Source: Raillietiella orientalis
Lineage: Eukaryota
DNA: 64,000 nucleotides
Assembly: GCA_036172245.1 (NCBI GenBank)
Contig: JAYWIR010000021.1
Location: forward strand, 2,666,001 to 2,730,000
Direction of reading: 5' to 3'
The notes below the pieces were generated by a model. The model worked only from the letters and a program-made list of their open reading frames with translations. It did no database searches and had not been told where the DNA came from. This document shows positions 26,700-40,600 of this stretch, in pieces; the stretch's first letter is position 1, and each line of letters starts with the position of its first letter. The translations under genes and the position numbers were made by a program.

Positions 26700-27650
26700 A
26701 CCTCCTGAAAAGGAGAGGAAGGGTCATCGGCTCCTAGGCAACCACGGATTCCTGCTGCAGCGATGCTAATTTTCAGAGCGGTGTAGAGCATCATCTGGGG
26801 ATTTCCAAAAGGGAGAACAGCCGATTTCACTCTCACGTATCTGGACAGAGGATGGAGGACCTCGGTCAGCATGACGACGATCGTGGTGAAGATGTATAGC
26901 TGCAGCTTGCCATGCTGAGATCCCTGTCGTCTGAAACAACCCCTAAAAAAAGAAATGGCAGGGGCGCCGACCTAGGCCGTGCGGTCGTGGGTGGGAAATG
27001 GGTGGCAAAGAAGGAAGCGACTACAGAGGAAGGGGGGAGGGAGTTCCCGATCACCTCGAGGAAAGCAAGATGAATTCGATTCCGCAGCTCCCCGAACATC
27101 GTGGAGCACGCGCTCGACTCCCGAGCAGCTCAATCGCTACCGTCGGAAGCGAGAGGGGAAGGCTGGAGAAGGAAGGGCAATCCAGGCTCAGACCCGGTTG
27201 TTCCCTTCCGAGAGACCGACACGGACGGCGTCCCGCTGGATGGCTTCGCAAGCTTTCAGCACAGCAAATAGAGCGCACCTACGGGCCATTTCGAGCGGGG
27301 CAGCTCACCTTCGACCGTGAGCGAAGGTTTCCTCCTCTTCCGGTGGACGGTCCCTTCCAGCAGGCAGCCGGGAAGGTGGCGCTCGGAATAAAACAACCAA
27401 CTTATATCCATCTTCTTCTGGAGGTCTGCTTCCGGGTTCTCGAGAGACCGGCCCAGCCACGTGTGCTTCCGCGAGTTCCTGCTTCGAGCGGTCCGCTGAA
27501 TGAAACCAGCAATCCTTTCGGCCCAGGGATTCCAAGAGGGAGGGAAAATCGAGAGGGAGCAAAGTGACCTGCAGCATGTCCTCGTGCCGCTCTTCCTGGG
27601 CGGCAATGCGGGCTCCTGCCAGGAACGTCCTTTTAGACCTGTCATGAGCG
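26700..27650 (-). mobile_element. Degraded LINE reverse-transcriptase core
   Basis: DLQKKMDISWLF (~DL.KAYD.V.W.F), SLTVEG (~SV.VNG), PVGALYLL (~PLSPYLF), LPFLFLGV (~LPF.YLGV), PLSRYVRVKSAVL (~LS..GR..LIKSVL). Confidence 0.65.
26828..27387 (-). repeat. Inverted duplication, arm 1 (partner 36729-37289)
   Basis: Reverse complement aligns to 36729-37289 with about 23 differences in ~560 bp by manual count (~96%). ORFs 26866-27099(-) and 37018-37251(+) are near-identical. Confidence 0.98.
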
Positions 27651-29299
27651 ACTGCCCTGTCGTGCGACCTCAAGGGGCGAGAGAAGACAGGATAAGAGAG
27701 AGAAATAAGCCTTCCGGGGAGCGAGCAAAGGTGCAAACCCGATAAGGGGTGGAGTAGGGGAAAGGAACGGGAGTGCTCGTTGCCTCGCTGCCGCTTAGCT
27801 GCCGCCGCCTCGCCACTGAGAGGCGGCACCTATGGGAGCACACGGAGCCGCCACCGCCGTCTCCTCCTCTTCCCTTCCTCCCCCACCTCTCTCTTCCTCT
27901 TTCTCTTTTCTCCATCCTCTTCCTTGCTCCGTCCGGAAGAGCGCGAGTGTCACATGCCTACTGTCTTTGAGCGGGATTTTCCCGTCTCGCCTTGGGCAGA
28001 AGCATTTACGTCCAAACGCGACGCGGTTCGGCCTCTTCTCCGTCTCCGATCCTCTCCGCTGCCACCCGCAGATAGTGGATCACCCCGAGAAAGGGAGAGA
28101 GCGAGGTGCTTCTTGGAAACAGCGCGAGGGAGACAAAGAAGCTGCGCTGAATCATTCGCCGTAAATGGGAGGAGCTGTCCGACCGGAGTCACGAGTCCCT
28201 TCGAGCACCTGGTCATTAGTGTTCGGTCATTGGCGGTTCCAGGAAAAAAAGAGAGCGAGAAGAAAAAGGGAAGTGGACGGAAGGTCTAGCCGGAGGTTCC
28301 CTTCTGACATGCTGGGAGGTGGAGGGAATGTGCTCTCCCTCGGAGGTCGGACGCCCAGCTCCCGCGTCACCCAGGCGCGGAGCGTGTGCGCCCGCACAAG
28401 AAAAAAATTCTCGAGAGAATAGGATAAAGGGGGAAAGGAGGGAATGATCATGGATTCCCGGGTCCTCGTGGTCCCAGAGAGCTTCTTAGAAAGCCGTCCG
28501 CCTTCCATGAGCATGAGCTCATCTCCGCTCTTCCTCCGGGCTGCGAGAACGTGGGAGTGGGGAGAAGGAGGGCAAGAGGGAGCCAGCTGAGACATGAGCA
28601 ACGTGAGGCGGCGGGCGCGAAGGGCGGAGGCAAGTGTTGACCGATGACTTCACCGAAGTGGCTTCTTCTAGAGCACGCCTCTGATCTTCGCCAGCAGTCG
28701 CTGCCGCGCGTGCGCTCGCGAGACCCCCTCATGCCTTTGGCACTTGGCGATCGTTACCGGAGAAAAAGAGCGCGAGTCGACCCCGAGTCCCTGGGAGTGC
28801 GAGGGGAGGACTGTTCTGACCCAACGCCCGCCCTTGTCACCCACACTCTCTTTTCTCTCTGCCAGCAGGAAAAGTGGCGTCTTCTCATCCCTTCTCTCGA
28901 GTGTTGAGACGCAGGGATCCGGGAAGGAGGCTGCTAACCCCGCCCTTCCCTGCCTCTCGCGCGTCATCTGCTTCTCCGGTTGCATCCTCCTCCGCCTTCC
29001 CGCAAGGTTCTTCCTACATCCCTGCAAGCTCTCTCCCCTTGCTTCTTGTCGCTCCCCCTCCCCGGTTCCCTACCTCGTCTACGGAAAAAGATCCGGGAAG
29101 GAAGAAGAGGATTGTCCTGCCGGCACTCGGAAGAAACTGCCACCTGCAGGGAAGCTGCGTCTTCTCGGCTTTCCCGTTGTCTGAGGACTGCTAAGGGTCA
29201 AGATCTCCTGAAGAAGCCGGACGAGAGGGAGGAAGAGGAAAGGGGATATCGGGCGTACGAATCGTAGCTCTTCCTTGTTTACTCTTTAAGGATCTTCCC

Positions 29300-32200
29300 A
29301 GGTCATCTTGGTGGAAGACCAGCGATCGCGATCTGGCTTACTTCCTGAAAACCGACCATTTGTCTTCCTCCCTTTAAGGAGAGAAGGGTTTTGTTTCTTG
29401 AAGGATGAATTCCCTCCTCCCTCCTGTCTTTCACACGTGAGCTTCCTGAGTGTAGCAAACTACCACCCTGGACCTTTGGTCCTCCTCAACTCCTGAAGCC
29501 TTCTTAGCTATTATCCCGAGTTCCTGCTCGTAGATAGCGGTCAGAGTCAGTGTTATCCCGTGCGGCTTTGGGGCTCATTATGCCCGGAGCCAGCTCCCAG
29601 GTCCCTGTTCGTGTCCTCCTTCGGTGTCTCCTGCCGTATAATGCCTTCCAGGGGCGCGGCAGGCAGCTAAAGATCCACCTTCAAGACGAAGTCGACTTTC
29701 CCCCGTCAGGTGGACGATTTTGGAGCAGCAGCGCTTCCAGGTTTCCATCCATTCTCTACCTTCAAAGATGCAGCGGCTCCGAAGATACCGGAAGGGGGTG
29801 AAAGCCATCAGCTCTATAGTGATGTTGTCAGATGGTTGAGGGGCCGAACGCTTGCCCGGGGTTTCTCCGGACCTCTGCAGTTGTCGCTCGCGCCGTCAGC
29901 TGTCTCCTCTCTTCTCCTGTGTCCTTGTGGAGCATGCTCCTGCCGGAAAGAGGAGGAGACCATTCACCCAGTTGGCGGCTGCTCCTAGGATGCTATGGCC
30001 TACTGGAAACCGGACACCATTACTCAGAGGCAGTGACTCCACCAAACCGGAAGCACCAATGCTGCAAAAAATCCGTCTGGAAGGTTACGCCGCATCCTGC
30101 TTTCGTCTTGCTCTCACCTCCATGTCCCCATGTGTGCGCCGAATGAATCCCCCCCCCTTCCTTAAAAAAAAAAAAAGTGTGCTATTGCGTTCTTGGAAAG
30201 AGGCAGCAGCAACCTAGTGTGATGTGACTTTGTGTACTCTCCAGAGCCATTTCCACGCCCCGAATCGCTCACGCGGAGCCGAAGAGCTTCCATGCCGGTG
30301 GGTCTGACCGCCTCCAAAGCAAAACTCCCAAAGGTCGACGTAGAGGAACGGGATGGGGGTGAGTAAGTGGGCGGTTGATCAGAGACTCAGACCCGCTGCT
30401 CCCAGTGTCGGCGCGAGTGACGGCATCTGCAGCCATCTCCAGCGTGCTGGAAGACCAATGTCCTCCCGTGCGACGCCGTGATCTTTATGCAATTACCCAC
30501 CGGATCTGAGAAAGTGGCTTCATTGATTGGTTCTCGACGCTGGAATCACATCCTAAGGATATTAAGCTGCATGCCATGACCAGCTCACAGGCAGCACATC
30601 TTTACCTCCGTTTTTGTTTCCGTGATGCCATCAGTGTAGGAGAAATTTCAACTGTAATAAGGGTGTGGGTTCTAAATTTGATAAACAGGAGATGCCCTAG
30701 GATACTATGTGTCTGAACATTAAGAGAAAAAAAGGTGGACCGCAGATAATTCTCAGAGCTACTCAAAGTACTGCAAGAGATTACTAGACAAGGTGGGAGT
30801 CACTTTGCACTGCCATATCAACGTGATCCAAACATGAGTCCCAGAAATCGTCTTTATCAAGACTTCGCAAGTACTAATTAGTTAGCCAAGAAGAATAAGA
30901 ACAAAGACTTTGAAGGATGGTGCTGGCCAAGATCATCTGCTTATCGTGATTTCTTCAACCCTTTAGTGCGTGACTACTAGGCTTTTGGACTCGGGAAACC
31001 AATTTGCATGTGTGGAATGGCATGAATGAACCGTCTGCATTTAGTGGATGGCGTGCTTGATGGGCAGGCGGGTGCTTGGCGTAGCTCATAACTCAGGGGC
31101 TGCCTCCACTCTCCGAGATACAAGGGAAGGACCAGAAAACAAAGCTGGGAGACCCAGAGAGAATGCATTGACCCGAGCTTCACCGAGGTGAAGAAGAAGA
31201 AAAATAAAAGAAAACCAGTTACGGAAGGGCTTCCTCCTCCTTTTAGAGCATCAGTGGACAGCGCCGTGACTGAGGGAGAGAAGCAGAGGTGTTGGAGTAT
31301 AAGAAGGAAGGCCATACTGAAAGTGGTTCGTCCGAACAACACGAAAGAGTAGCACAAGAAAATCCTGCTCTGACTCCCTGACGTCGACGACACAATAAAG
31401 AATATGGTGATGACGGAAGAAAAAAGGCTAAATCTGATGCATTAGACAAATTCGATGCGAGACAAACACCTGGAGTCGGTGAGACACATCTTGCCGCCTG
31501 CGGAGAAAGCCATGAGGGCTGCCCATCTGGACCATGAAATGAGAACCCCACGGAAGAGATCACCGACTATATCGAGTCAGACAATGATCTGGGAGGAGGG
31601 GGATCGCTTGGAGAATCGGAGACAAATAGCGTCTCCCAAGCAGAAGAAGGAGAAGAAAGGAAAATCGTCGACTTGATCCCCGATGGCCTTCTTCCTGTCG
31701 TCCGCTGGGAGCCTTAAAATCGCCTCCTCCAACAACGACGGCATGTAAAGCCAGAAAGTACAGGAAGCATCATTCAAACCAAAAAGCATGATGGCATCGC
31801 ATGCCCACTGGAGAATCAGTGAGGGTGATGCCCGGAACGCATGCCCACTGGAGCAGCACGAGATGGACCACCATACCTGCCTTGATCTCGAGCGAAGCCT
31901 GGACGTCCAGCTGCCCGACAGTGCTCACAAGAACACTCAGGAAACTGCGGCTGACCTGACTTGTGCAAAGCAGCACGACTCCTTCCCAAAATGACGATCC
32001 TCGAATGGACAGCGTACGGACCGAACGGCGGAATGCGACACTAAGTGTGGACAACCGTGAAAATAGCAGTGTTGCGGGAGTAGTGCTTCAAACACAGCTG
32101 AAAGTTTGTGCCAACGCCTGTCGAGTTTCATGATGAAAATTCGTCGATAATAAACAACACCCCACCGCTTGTCGGATCTGGGAGAAGCTGTGCTTAGTGG

Positions 32201-32750
32201 ACCCAAGGGTTACCATGCAAAGGGGTGATGGCATTCGCTACGATGGCTGGGGGCACAGAAGTTTTTGGACTGCTTCACCACATATCGAGGACCCCGACTG
32301 GGAATGCAAGGATCGGGAGGTATCTCGAGACCATTCGTTCTGATGCGTGCGGAAGACGCGGTGATCACGACGCAATCCCAGACGAGTGGAAATTCCTTTA
32401 CCGATCGCGCGTGTGTCGCCAGCTGTCCGCCTGCCTCTCTGCGCTCCTTCTTTCCTACCTTCAGTGCTAGGACTTTCGGAAACAGCGCTCTAGAAACGCT
32501 TCCTCTCCGTACTTGTTTCCGAAACCTCCTGTGCCCACGATGTGGATTGTTCCTGCTCCCTCCCATTACAGCGCTCACAAGTGTTAGTCAAGGGAAACGG
32601 AGGTTAGTCAAGGGAGAGAGGAGTGAGAGAAGCTGTTTCAGGTTCTCCAGTGGAGTCGACGCCAATGACGAAGGTGCGCACCACGAAGAGACGCCTGACG
32701 CGGAACGGGAAGAGCTGCCTGCCTGCTGCTGACGTGGATCACTCTTTGAA
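29300..32750 (+). mobile_element. Degraded L1-type LINE spanning ORF1, EN, RT and zf-RVT (shortened)
   Basis: In order: LRREGFCF, QVPVRVLLRCLLP (~VPVWV.L..LP, ORF1); NRLYQ and DHLLI (~RLDR, SDH; 30850-30945); KKAKSDA (~KAPGPDG); ENRRQIAS (~YRPISL); AKQHDSFP (~RQGDPLS); CPPASLRSFF...LPLRTCFRNLLCPRCG (zf-RVT, ORF 32265-32732). Confidence 0.6.
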
Positions 32751-33649
32751 GTTCTCTTTTTCGGTGGACTGCTCGGTGGAGAGACTCCCTTCGTTCTCCC
32801 TGAGTTCCTCGAAAAGAGCCGTCACTTCTCCAGATCTGCGAAGGACTCCGGTCCACTTACGTTCTCCTGGAAACTCTCAAAACGCTGCGCGTGCAATGTG
32901 CATTCTTCAGAAGCTTCGCGGAGTTCTTCCACGGGAGCAGAAGAGCATAAGAGCACCAGGAAGAGGAGGGGGGAAGGAAGCAGGTGACCAAAGAAAGAAA
33001 GAACAAGTTTTTTCCTCTCTGGAGCCGGCTCTTTAGGTATCCGAAAGCAGCCTTAACGGACGAACCTCCTCAGCACTTCTGGACTCTCTAGTCCTGAATT
33101 CGCAGCTCCCGAAGGATGTCCCACTTTCTCAAAAGGACGAAAACGGGGTGTTCCTTATTCCTTCGACCGCTATCCTTTCCCGAGGACTCAGAGGTGTGCG
33201 GTGTAGAAATGGAGGGACGCAACCCTGCTGCGGCTCTCCTTCCCCGCCATCCCATCTCGCGGGCATCTTCGCCCTCATGTGCTCGGTGAAGACAGCTGCA
33301 AGAGAAGGATCAAAGACCTGGAGCGGCAACAAAAATAAGAAATGCGGACGAGTATGTGGAAATAAGGAAAAGTCAATAGAGGGGTGCAGGTAGGGTCAAA
33401 GGGAACCACATCTAGTAGTATAAGATGAACCTTTGAGATGATGCTCTTCCTCCCGCGAAAAGTCGGTCCTTTTTTTTTTTTTGCAAGCTGACCAAGGAAG
33501 AGGCTAATAGAAGAGCCTTAAAGCGAAAAAGAGCATCCCCACTGACGTCTCAGAGCATGACTGGTGAGGTGGCTTCTTCTCTTCCAGCACTGGGCTTTCT
33601 TGCCCTAACATCTCCTCCAAGCCTCTCGGGATGCCTTCTTTCCTCACTC

Positions 33650-34650
33650 CGAGCTGCTTCTTAAGAGGAAAAGAAAGAACTGCCCAACGACTCTGTCCAC
33701 AGCAAGTGTGGATGTAGAGAGTTGAAAGTCGCTTCTCGTGGAAAAAAAAAAAAAAAACACGATGTTTTCAAGAACTCCTCGGCATGCCATGCGAGAGCGC
33801 AATGGCAATCAAAAAGTGGATCACACCTCCAGCTCTTCCTCGAGACATGTGCCCCGAAGAAAACGAAAGCACTGATGAGCTGCTCCCATCGGATCAATTT
33901 ACTGCCGTCAATTTGCAGCTGCCCAAACTAAGCAGCTGAGAGTGCTCTCCTCACTAAAGAGCACCGTTGGAGCCGCACACATGCAGTGGTGCTGTGGAGG
34001 ACATGCTTGGACGATGCTTTGTCGACAAGCGGTCAAACCTGGTTGAGGGCTATACCAGTGAATCGCATTCATGAGATGGAGCTCCGATTCCCTGCGTCCT
34101 GACGAAAACCCTCATATCTAGCAGTTCTGAGCACTCGGGGTCGCCTCCAAAGGACGCGGTGAAGGCAGCAGGGAACACAATAGCTTCGTTGCTAGAACCG
34201 GGAGCGAGGAGAAGAGAGTTCTGAAGGAGAAGAGAATTTCTGAAGAGAGTTCCCAGGTGGCAGGAACGTGCAGAGGATCTCTTGCTTTGGGATCAAAGGG
34301 GATGAGAAAGAGAAGAACACAAGGAGGAGGAGTCTGAGAGGTGCACAGCAGACAGTGCGATGCTCAGCTGGAAAGTCCACTTTCTTTTTCCAAGTTCAGT
34401 CTTAGTCAGCGATCTCTGGAAAGCTCCAGCTGCTAGCTGTTTGCCTACTAGAGTGCGGGGATTCGTCTTGTGTTGAGAAGGAAATCCCACGCTCCAAAGG
34501 AGCTGCATCCAAGCTGCATCATCCGGCAGGATGATGAGGGCTGATGTTTTCCCTTGCTGGACTATTGCTCCTTCAGGTGAGGAACTCGCTTGCTGTCTTG
34601 GAAATGCGTCGATCTCAATCAGCAGCATTCTTTAGCCTGGATTCTTCTTA
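33650..34650 (-). mobile_element. Degraded LINE reverse-transcriptase fragment
   Basis: ORF 34293-34628: QQASSSPEGAIVQQ (~Q.AF.PGR.I.DN), AAWMQLLWSVGFP (~W.FL....GFP), TLVGK..AFQRSLTK; downstream FVFFG...LAW (ORF 33661-33897). Confidence 0.5.
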
Positions 34651-34949
34651 GATCAGCACTCGAAGACACGCATCCTGCTTGCCTTCAAGTGTGGAAGCAG
34701 TTCTGACGTCATCAGCATTCGAGTCACCGCTCGTAAGGATACGAAGCGCCTCTCGCGAGCGAATTCAGCAAAGGGAACGGCAGGTGAGGTGATTCCCGAG
34801 CGCAGTTTGTCAGGGGATCTTTGGGATTACTCAAAGGTGAGCAAAGTGGGCTCTGGTGCCTTTTTTTTTTTTTTTTGAGACCAAAAAGAGACACCAGAAG
34901 GCACCAATCCCGTCTCTAGTTCTCGGTAGAAAAGGGAGGGAAGAAAACC

Positions 34950-37900
34950 ATGACGGCGGATGTTGCTGATTCTGATGCAGTATCCTGGAGACTACTGCAG
35001 CTACAGGTTTCGGTGGTAGGAAGAAGAGAAGCTGAGAGTACGCTAGCCCGACGAAAGATCGATCAGGGAGTCCTCCACGAGATGGAATCGAAGATAGCAC
35101 GGCAACAGTTGGTTCTTATAGATAATTGGGAGATAAAGAGGCTTTCTGAGAACTCTTATCTGCAACGTAATCTCGACAGCTCCCTTATCTACTCTCAGTT
35201 CGAATTCCTGCTGGCGTTGCTGACGACGAACCGCACCCGATTAGTGCGGCTGCGACGATGGCAAACCTAAGAAAAATAGATTTATCAAAAATCCGATTTG
35301 GGTCCAGTGTTTCTATTTTTCTTCCTCTCGTTTCCCTTTTGTTTGGCACATGGCGAGAGTACAGGCATCCCTTTTCAGGGTTCCTGCTGATGCAGCTTCC
35401 GATGAGATCTCCGGAGCAAGCAGAGAGAAGGAAGAATCGTCCTTTGAAGAAGAGTGCTGCCCGAGGAAGGCACATCACGGGAATCGGGAGCTCAAGAGAT
35501 CTCCCACGAGGCGATCAAGACAGATTGGTGTGCATGCATTGTATGCAGACACCTAACAGAGTTCCGGCGGAAGAGTGGGGCCGACTTGGCCCTGACTGTT
35601 TGGAGAATTCATGACGTCACCGGTAAAGGGAGGCATCGACGTTCCCGGTGAGAGCACGTGTATGGAAGCTGGAAGTTGGATCTCAGTCGAGAAGCTGAAG
35701 TCGAACTTCGAAATGACTCGACGAAGGATCGTCACTTATCCCTGTTTCAGCCTTCCGAACGAAGGAGGGGAGACTCGGTGGCTCCTGGACTCTTGCGAAA
35801 GGAAAGGCTGCAGGAAGATGCTCATCAAGAGAGAACCCCGAAACGATGCAGCTATAAATCTTCTATTTTTTTTTTTTTTTTCGAAAGACGAGGATGGGGT
35901 ATCACGGCTGACCTTTGAAGATATCTATCAAGGAACAGGTGGTGGATATCTGACATCGTCCAAGCAGATTTTTCTCATGAGATTCATTTTTCTGTACGTA
36001 CGTGGCGACAAGGGAAGTCAGGAACTTGCGAAAGAAGAGAGGCTGATTTAGGATATGGGAGTAGAGTAGAAGCAGCAACAGCAGGGCGCGATTCAGAGGC
36101 CGCTCTTGAAATATTATAGACGGAAATAAAGTGTTCTTTACACTGATGTGGTCGCGTTTCCCGGGAAGTACTGCAAGATAGGGAAACTACGAGCTGAACT
36201 GATCAATCGCAGTGCTGCTGAAAAGGGTTCCCAACAAAAACACATGCGGCACACCTGGTGGAGCCAGAGGCAAGACTCACCACAAGGAAGCATCAGATTC
36301 AGCAGCTAACATGCTTCAATGTGAAATGCGTGAGCAAAGTGTACCTCGTTGTTCAGGAACACCATCAGATGAGTTCATCCAAAGTGCAGTAGACAAACTC
36401 TTCCCTCTCAAAGTAGTCTTGCAGCTGTAAGCTAATCAAAATGCTTCTTTAATCTATGAAGAAGATTCAGGTTCTTATAAAAAAGCACTTCAGCTCAAAA
36501 GAAACCCACAGACGGCGGAAGATGAGAGAAAATTTGCTTATACAAATGGATAATGGCGAGTGAAACTTCAAATAATGGGAGCGTCAAAATGTAGAAGAAT
36601 CTTCTCGTTGAGAGGGTTTGTAAAAACTCTTCAATATGAGACAAAGAAACAGACAATGAAAACTCTTGCAAACTATTAGACTCCTTCTAGTGGAACGGAT
36701 GGCTGTGAGAGAAACCTCGTTCGTCTGCTCCGAGCACCACCTTCCCGGCCGCCTGCTGGAAGGGACCGTCCACCGGAAGCGGAGGAAACCTTCGCTCACG
36801 GTCGAAGGTGAGCTGCCCCGCTCGAAATGGCCCGTAGGTGCGCTCTATTTGCTGTGCTGAAAGCTCGCGAAGCCATCCAGCTGGACGCCGTCCGTGGTCG
36901 GTCTCTCGGAAGCGAACAACCGGGGCTGCGCCTGGATTGCCCTTTCTTCTCCAGCCTTCCCCTCTCGCTTCTGACGGTAGCGATTGAGCTGCTCGGGAGT
37001 CGAGCGCGTGCGCCACGATGTTCGGGGAGCTGCGGAATCGAATTCATCTTGCTTTCCTCGAGGTGATCGGGAACTCCCTCCCCCCTTCCTCTGTAGTCGC
37101 TTCCTTCTTTGCCACCAGTTTTCCACCCACGACTGCACGGCCTAGGTCGGCGCCCCTGCCATTTCTTTTCTTAGGGGTTGTTTCAGACGACAGGGATCTC
37201 AGCATGGCAAGCTGCAGCTATACATCTTCACCGCGATCGTCGTCATGCTGACTGAGGTTCTCCACCCTTTGTCCAGATACGTGAGGGTGGATTTCACCGG
37301 TTCTTCAAGAGGATGATGGCATCACCTGGGTGCTTGTGCGATTACTTCATTGAGTGAACAGGAGGTTCATCGTTGTCATTCCAGGTTTATCAAAATACTC
37401 GCCTTTGATGCGCTGCTTTTCCCCACAGCATTTCTTCTTTCCGCAAGACGAAGGTCCTCAGAAGCACTTGCAGCGGCACGTGGTTTTGGCCTTATGTCTG
37501 AGGATGTTTCCAAGACGACGCAGCCAACTTCACGAAGGCGAGCATGGTGTGTGGAATCGGTCAATGGATTGTCGACCTGCGTTATTTCTGCACAAAGCCA
37601 TTCGGGTCTGGAGATCGTCGAAATGAAAACGGAAGCAGATCCACCGCACCCATTCGTCAATCTGTCGAATGTCCAGATGTTTATGAAATTCGGAAATAGA
37701 TCTCTGACTTTCTTATTGGAAACCGTTCCGAGATCCTGAAATACTTGAATCTTTCTGACGAGCAAGGCTCGGGAGGATATCTTATGCGAACCCGGTTCCG
37801 ATGCCTTTGCATGCCGAATTGCGGGCAACGTGCCTCCTTGCCTCCTTGCCTCGATATCTGGAATTCCCGAAACGTCAGGTGTAGCGGAGGGGCCACTCGG

Positions 37901-38180
37901 GTGTCTGCATGTGGCGTGAGTGGGAGAGGGTGGAAGGAGAGGACTTTTCCTCTCTCGATGAGAGTCAAGAAGAACTGCCTCTTGCCACATCCGAATTTTG
38001 TACCTGAAAGTCTCCCTGACCGACAAAAAGAATCCTTTAGGATCACATCTCCTTGTCGGAGGTCCTTGTGGACTGCTCGTAACTCGAGGACTAGCGTGCA
38101 TCAGGACGTGTTAAACAGCCTCCTCAGCAAGGATGGAAGACGCCTTCACGAAACAGCATCGGCAATGGCCGAGAGGTGGA
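34950..38180 (+). mobile_element. Degraded L1-type LINE spanning ORF1 to RNase H (shortened)
   Basis: SVVGR...WEIKRLSENSYL (ORF1 N-terminal part), RLVCMHC (knuckle), RT core shared with 26828-27387 including LPFLFLGV, RGFGL (~GGLGL), CMPNCG...LDIWNSRNVR (~W.IW..RN), LLPHPNFV (~W.PP..V). Confidence 0.6.
36729..37289 (+). repeat. Inverted duplication, arm 2 (partner 26828-27387)
   Basis: Direct alignment with the reverse complement of 26828-27387, ~96% identity. Confidence 0.98.
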
Positions 38181-38719
38181 GTCTGTGCCTCCTCTGTGCG
38201 TGCCCTTGAGCGATTTGAGGAGGGATCAGCGCGTGGTTTTCTGACTCCAGGACACGCACCAGAACGACCAAAGGAAAGAAGCAGGAACAGACGGCAGTTT
38301 TGCGCTGCAAGCGACTGTGTGCACGATGATTCAGCGGGAGAGAGCAGCTTGCCTCCCGGGTCCCGAGTGTCTGCGAAGGGAGCCGTGGGCTCAATGCGTC
38401 TGCTGAGAGGACACAGGATGCAACTCTTCCTTCTCAGAATCAAGATAGCTTTCTCCACTGCCGCACATCCTGACAAATACTCGGCTCGGCGCATCGGCAC
38501 GCCTCTTAGGGAACAGACCTCCTTGGTTGAATCCAAAGCTTCAGGTGATGGGAGGAATCTGGACCATCGGCCTGGAAAGGGAAGAGGAAGAGTCCAACTA
38601 GGGATAAGCGATGGTGCTGAAATAGTTGTGAGAAAAACATTCGTTCCAAGGAGTGTCGGGGAAGAAGACGAGTGGGTAGCTCGCGGGCATTGAATGCTGA
38701 AACGTTCTCCTGAAATCTT

Positions 38720-40600
38720 TGATAGCCGAATACGTGTGGAGACGAGAACGACGGTCCCTGGGAGGAGTCCCTGGGATACTGTCTTCATCCTTTCTGCACT
38801 TGGACGTATGTTTTGGAGCGCAATTTCGAGGTTCAGCCGTGGTAAAGAAAGAATGGTCTAGGGCTCAGGAAGGAAATCAAATTAAGAAATGTGCTCCAAG
38901 ACCTGGATTCATGGACGCCGCTCGGGTTTTTTGTTTTTGTTTGTCTGAAAAGATAAAGTACATCGACATGCACCTGATGCTGATGCCACGGATCCATCTA
39001 AGAGGTGCACATGTCTGCTTCAGGAAATCCACGTCCACTGGCTCCTGCTTAATTGAGCAAACTTTGAGAAAAACTTCTGCCAGAAGAACGAAAGCGAAGG
39101 TGGGGGCCTATGTGAAAAGTCTCTCTGCTCTTTGACGAAGGCCAATGAGGACATTTTTTCATGATTGTGAGGCGAAACTGCATAAAAATGCTCCTTTCGC
39201 TCTTCACGCGGTGACGCGCTCACATCGCCTGTCTTCTTCTCCCACTCCTACCCACCCTCTTCCCAAACGTCGACACGTGGCTACCGAGACGTTTCCCTCT
39301 TCCCTCATGCTCTTCTTGTGAGCTCCTTCTGAGCATGCGCCTTCGATGTTTACCATTGCCTTCTTGGCAGTCAAACGCAAGGGATTCGAAAGCTACATGG
39401 TATTCCTAGCAACCGCCAATTGGTAGAGATCGTGCTGACAATATGAAAGACATGGATAGTTTGAGGAGATTGACGGCAAACGATTTCTGGGTGCCACGGT
39501 GTATCTATGGAGGCGTGTTTTGTTTCTGCTCACTTCCGTGCTGGTCACGATTCCTCCGAGAAAATACTATGTTGCAGCTAGGTCTCATTTCCTTCCAGAA
39601 AACGCCTTTTTTGGCTTTCATCATGTGATCGTTTATCGAAAACATTAAGGCTTGGCATCCTCGCAAACTGCGCAGCAGCACAAATCATAGGCAAACCAAC
39701 TGGCTTCGAGGGTCTTCGAGGTGGTGCGGTGATGCCGGCGCAGTCACCAGAGACAAGCACCGACCGTCCAGCAACGAGCGCACGGCCACGCGCAGAGAGA
39801 TGGAGTCGGTTGCCATGATCCTTTGATGGGAAAGATGTCAATAGGCACCCTGAGGGGGTCCCGAGGGCAGAAACCATGTCTCTGCCAGGAGCGCGCGTTC
39901 AGGTCGGATGAGCTTCGAAACGGCCATCACCTGATGATTGATTCTGTGCCACCCACGGTCGAGCATAAGATCATTTCTGGTTAACTTGCGTTTTTCTGCT
40001 CTTCGAAAGGATGCCGGAAATATCATCCCTACCTTGGCCTCCTCTCCAACGAGACAATGGGAAAAGCCGAGCGGAACCAACGGATTCCCTTGGCAACGGA
40101 TCCACGATCTTCCCGCTTGAACTTACCGCGGAAATGAAGAGCACGAACGAATTGGCGAGGCGAACGCTTGGAGTGTCGCTCTCCAGACGAACCGGTGACT
40201 GCCTTCCAGAACGAGAGAGCATCTGCAATCGTTTCTCAGATCTCAAGTTCTGGATCCTTCCAAGGCTTCCCTTGTGTTCCCTGTTGGCAGGAAGGCGGCA
40301 GCAACTCGGAGTAGCACCGCATCCTTAGCTTCAAATGGACCAAACAGTGGGGAAGCGTGATCTGTGAGAAGCGGACGAAATAGAGAGTGAATGGGGAGGA
40401 GGGAAAGCGGTACTTCCCGCAGCGGTCCGGGGGCAGAGCTCCGGAAGCAGCGTTTTGGGATTACGGGAAAAATCGGGAAGAATATTCGTCTTTTATCTGA
40501 TTGCACCGGGCCATTTATTTTGCCAAAACGCCAACGTGGGAAAGGGTACCTGGTTCCTGCCAGAATCGCATGATGGTAGTAGGGGTGTTGTCCAGCGGGC
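38720..40600 (+). mobile_element. Probable degraded LINE ORF2 (EN-RT)
   Basis: GGVPGIL (~G.SGGI), ANDFWVPR (~E.FW.QR), GTNGFPWQRIHDL (~Q.GF..GR.IHD), VVGV (~YLGV). Confidence 0.4.

Noticed and set aside
2030..27650. Apparent minus-strand bias of LINE relics
   Set aside because: Plus-strand relics are interspersed and dominate the right half; numbers are too small to claim a bias.
26828..37289. Inverted pair as TIRs of a 10-kb Mutator/foldback transposon
   Set aside because: The arms are internal LINE RT sequence embedded in LINE context, with no TSD or transposase seen.
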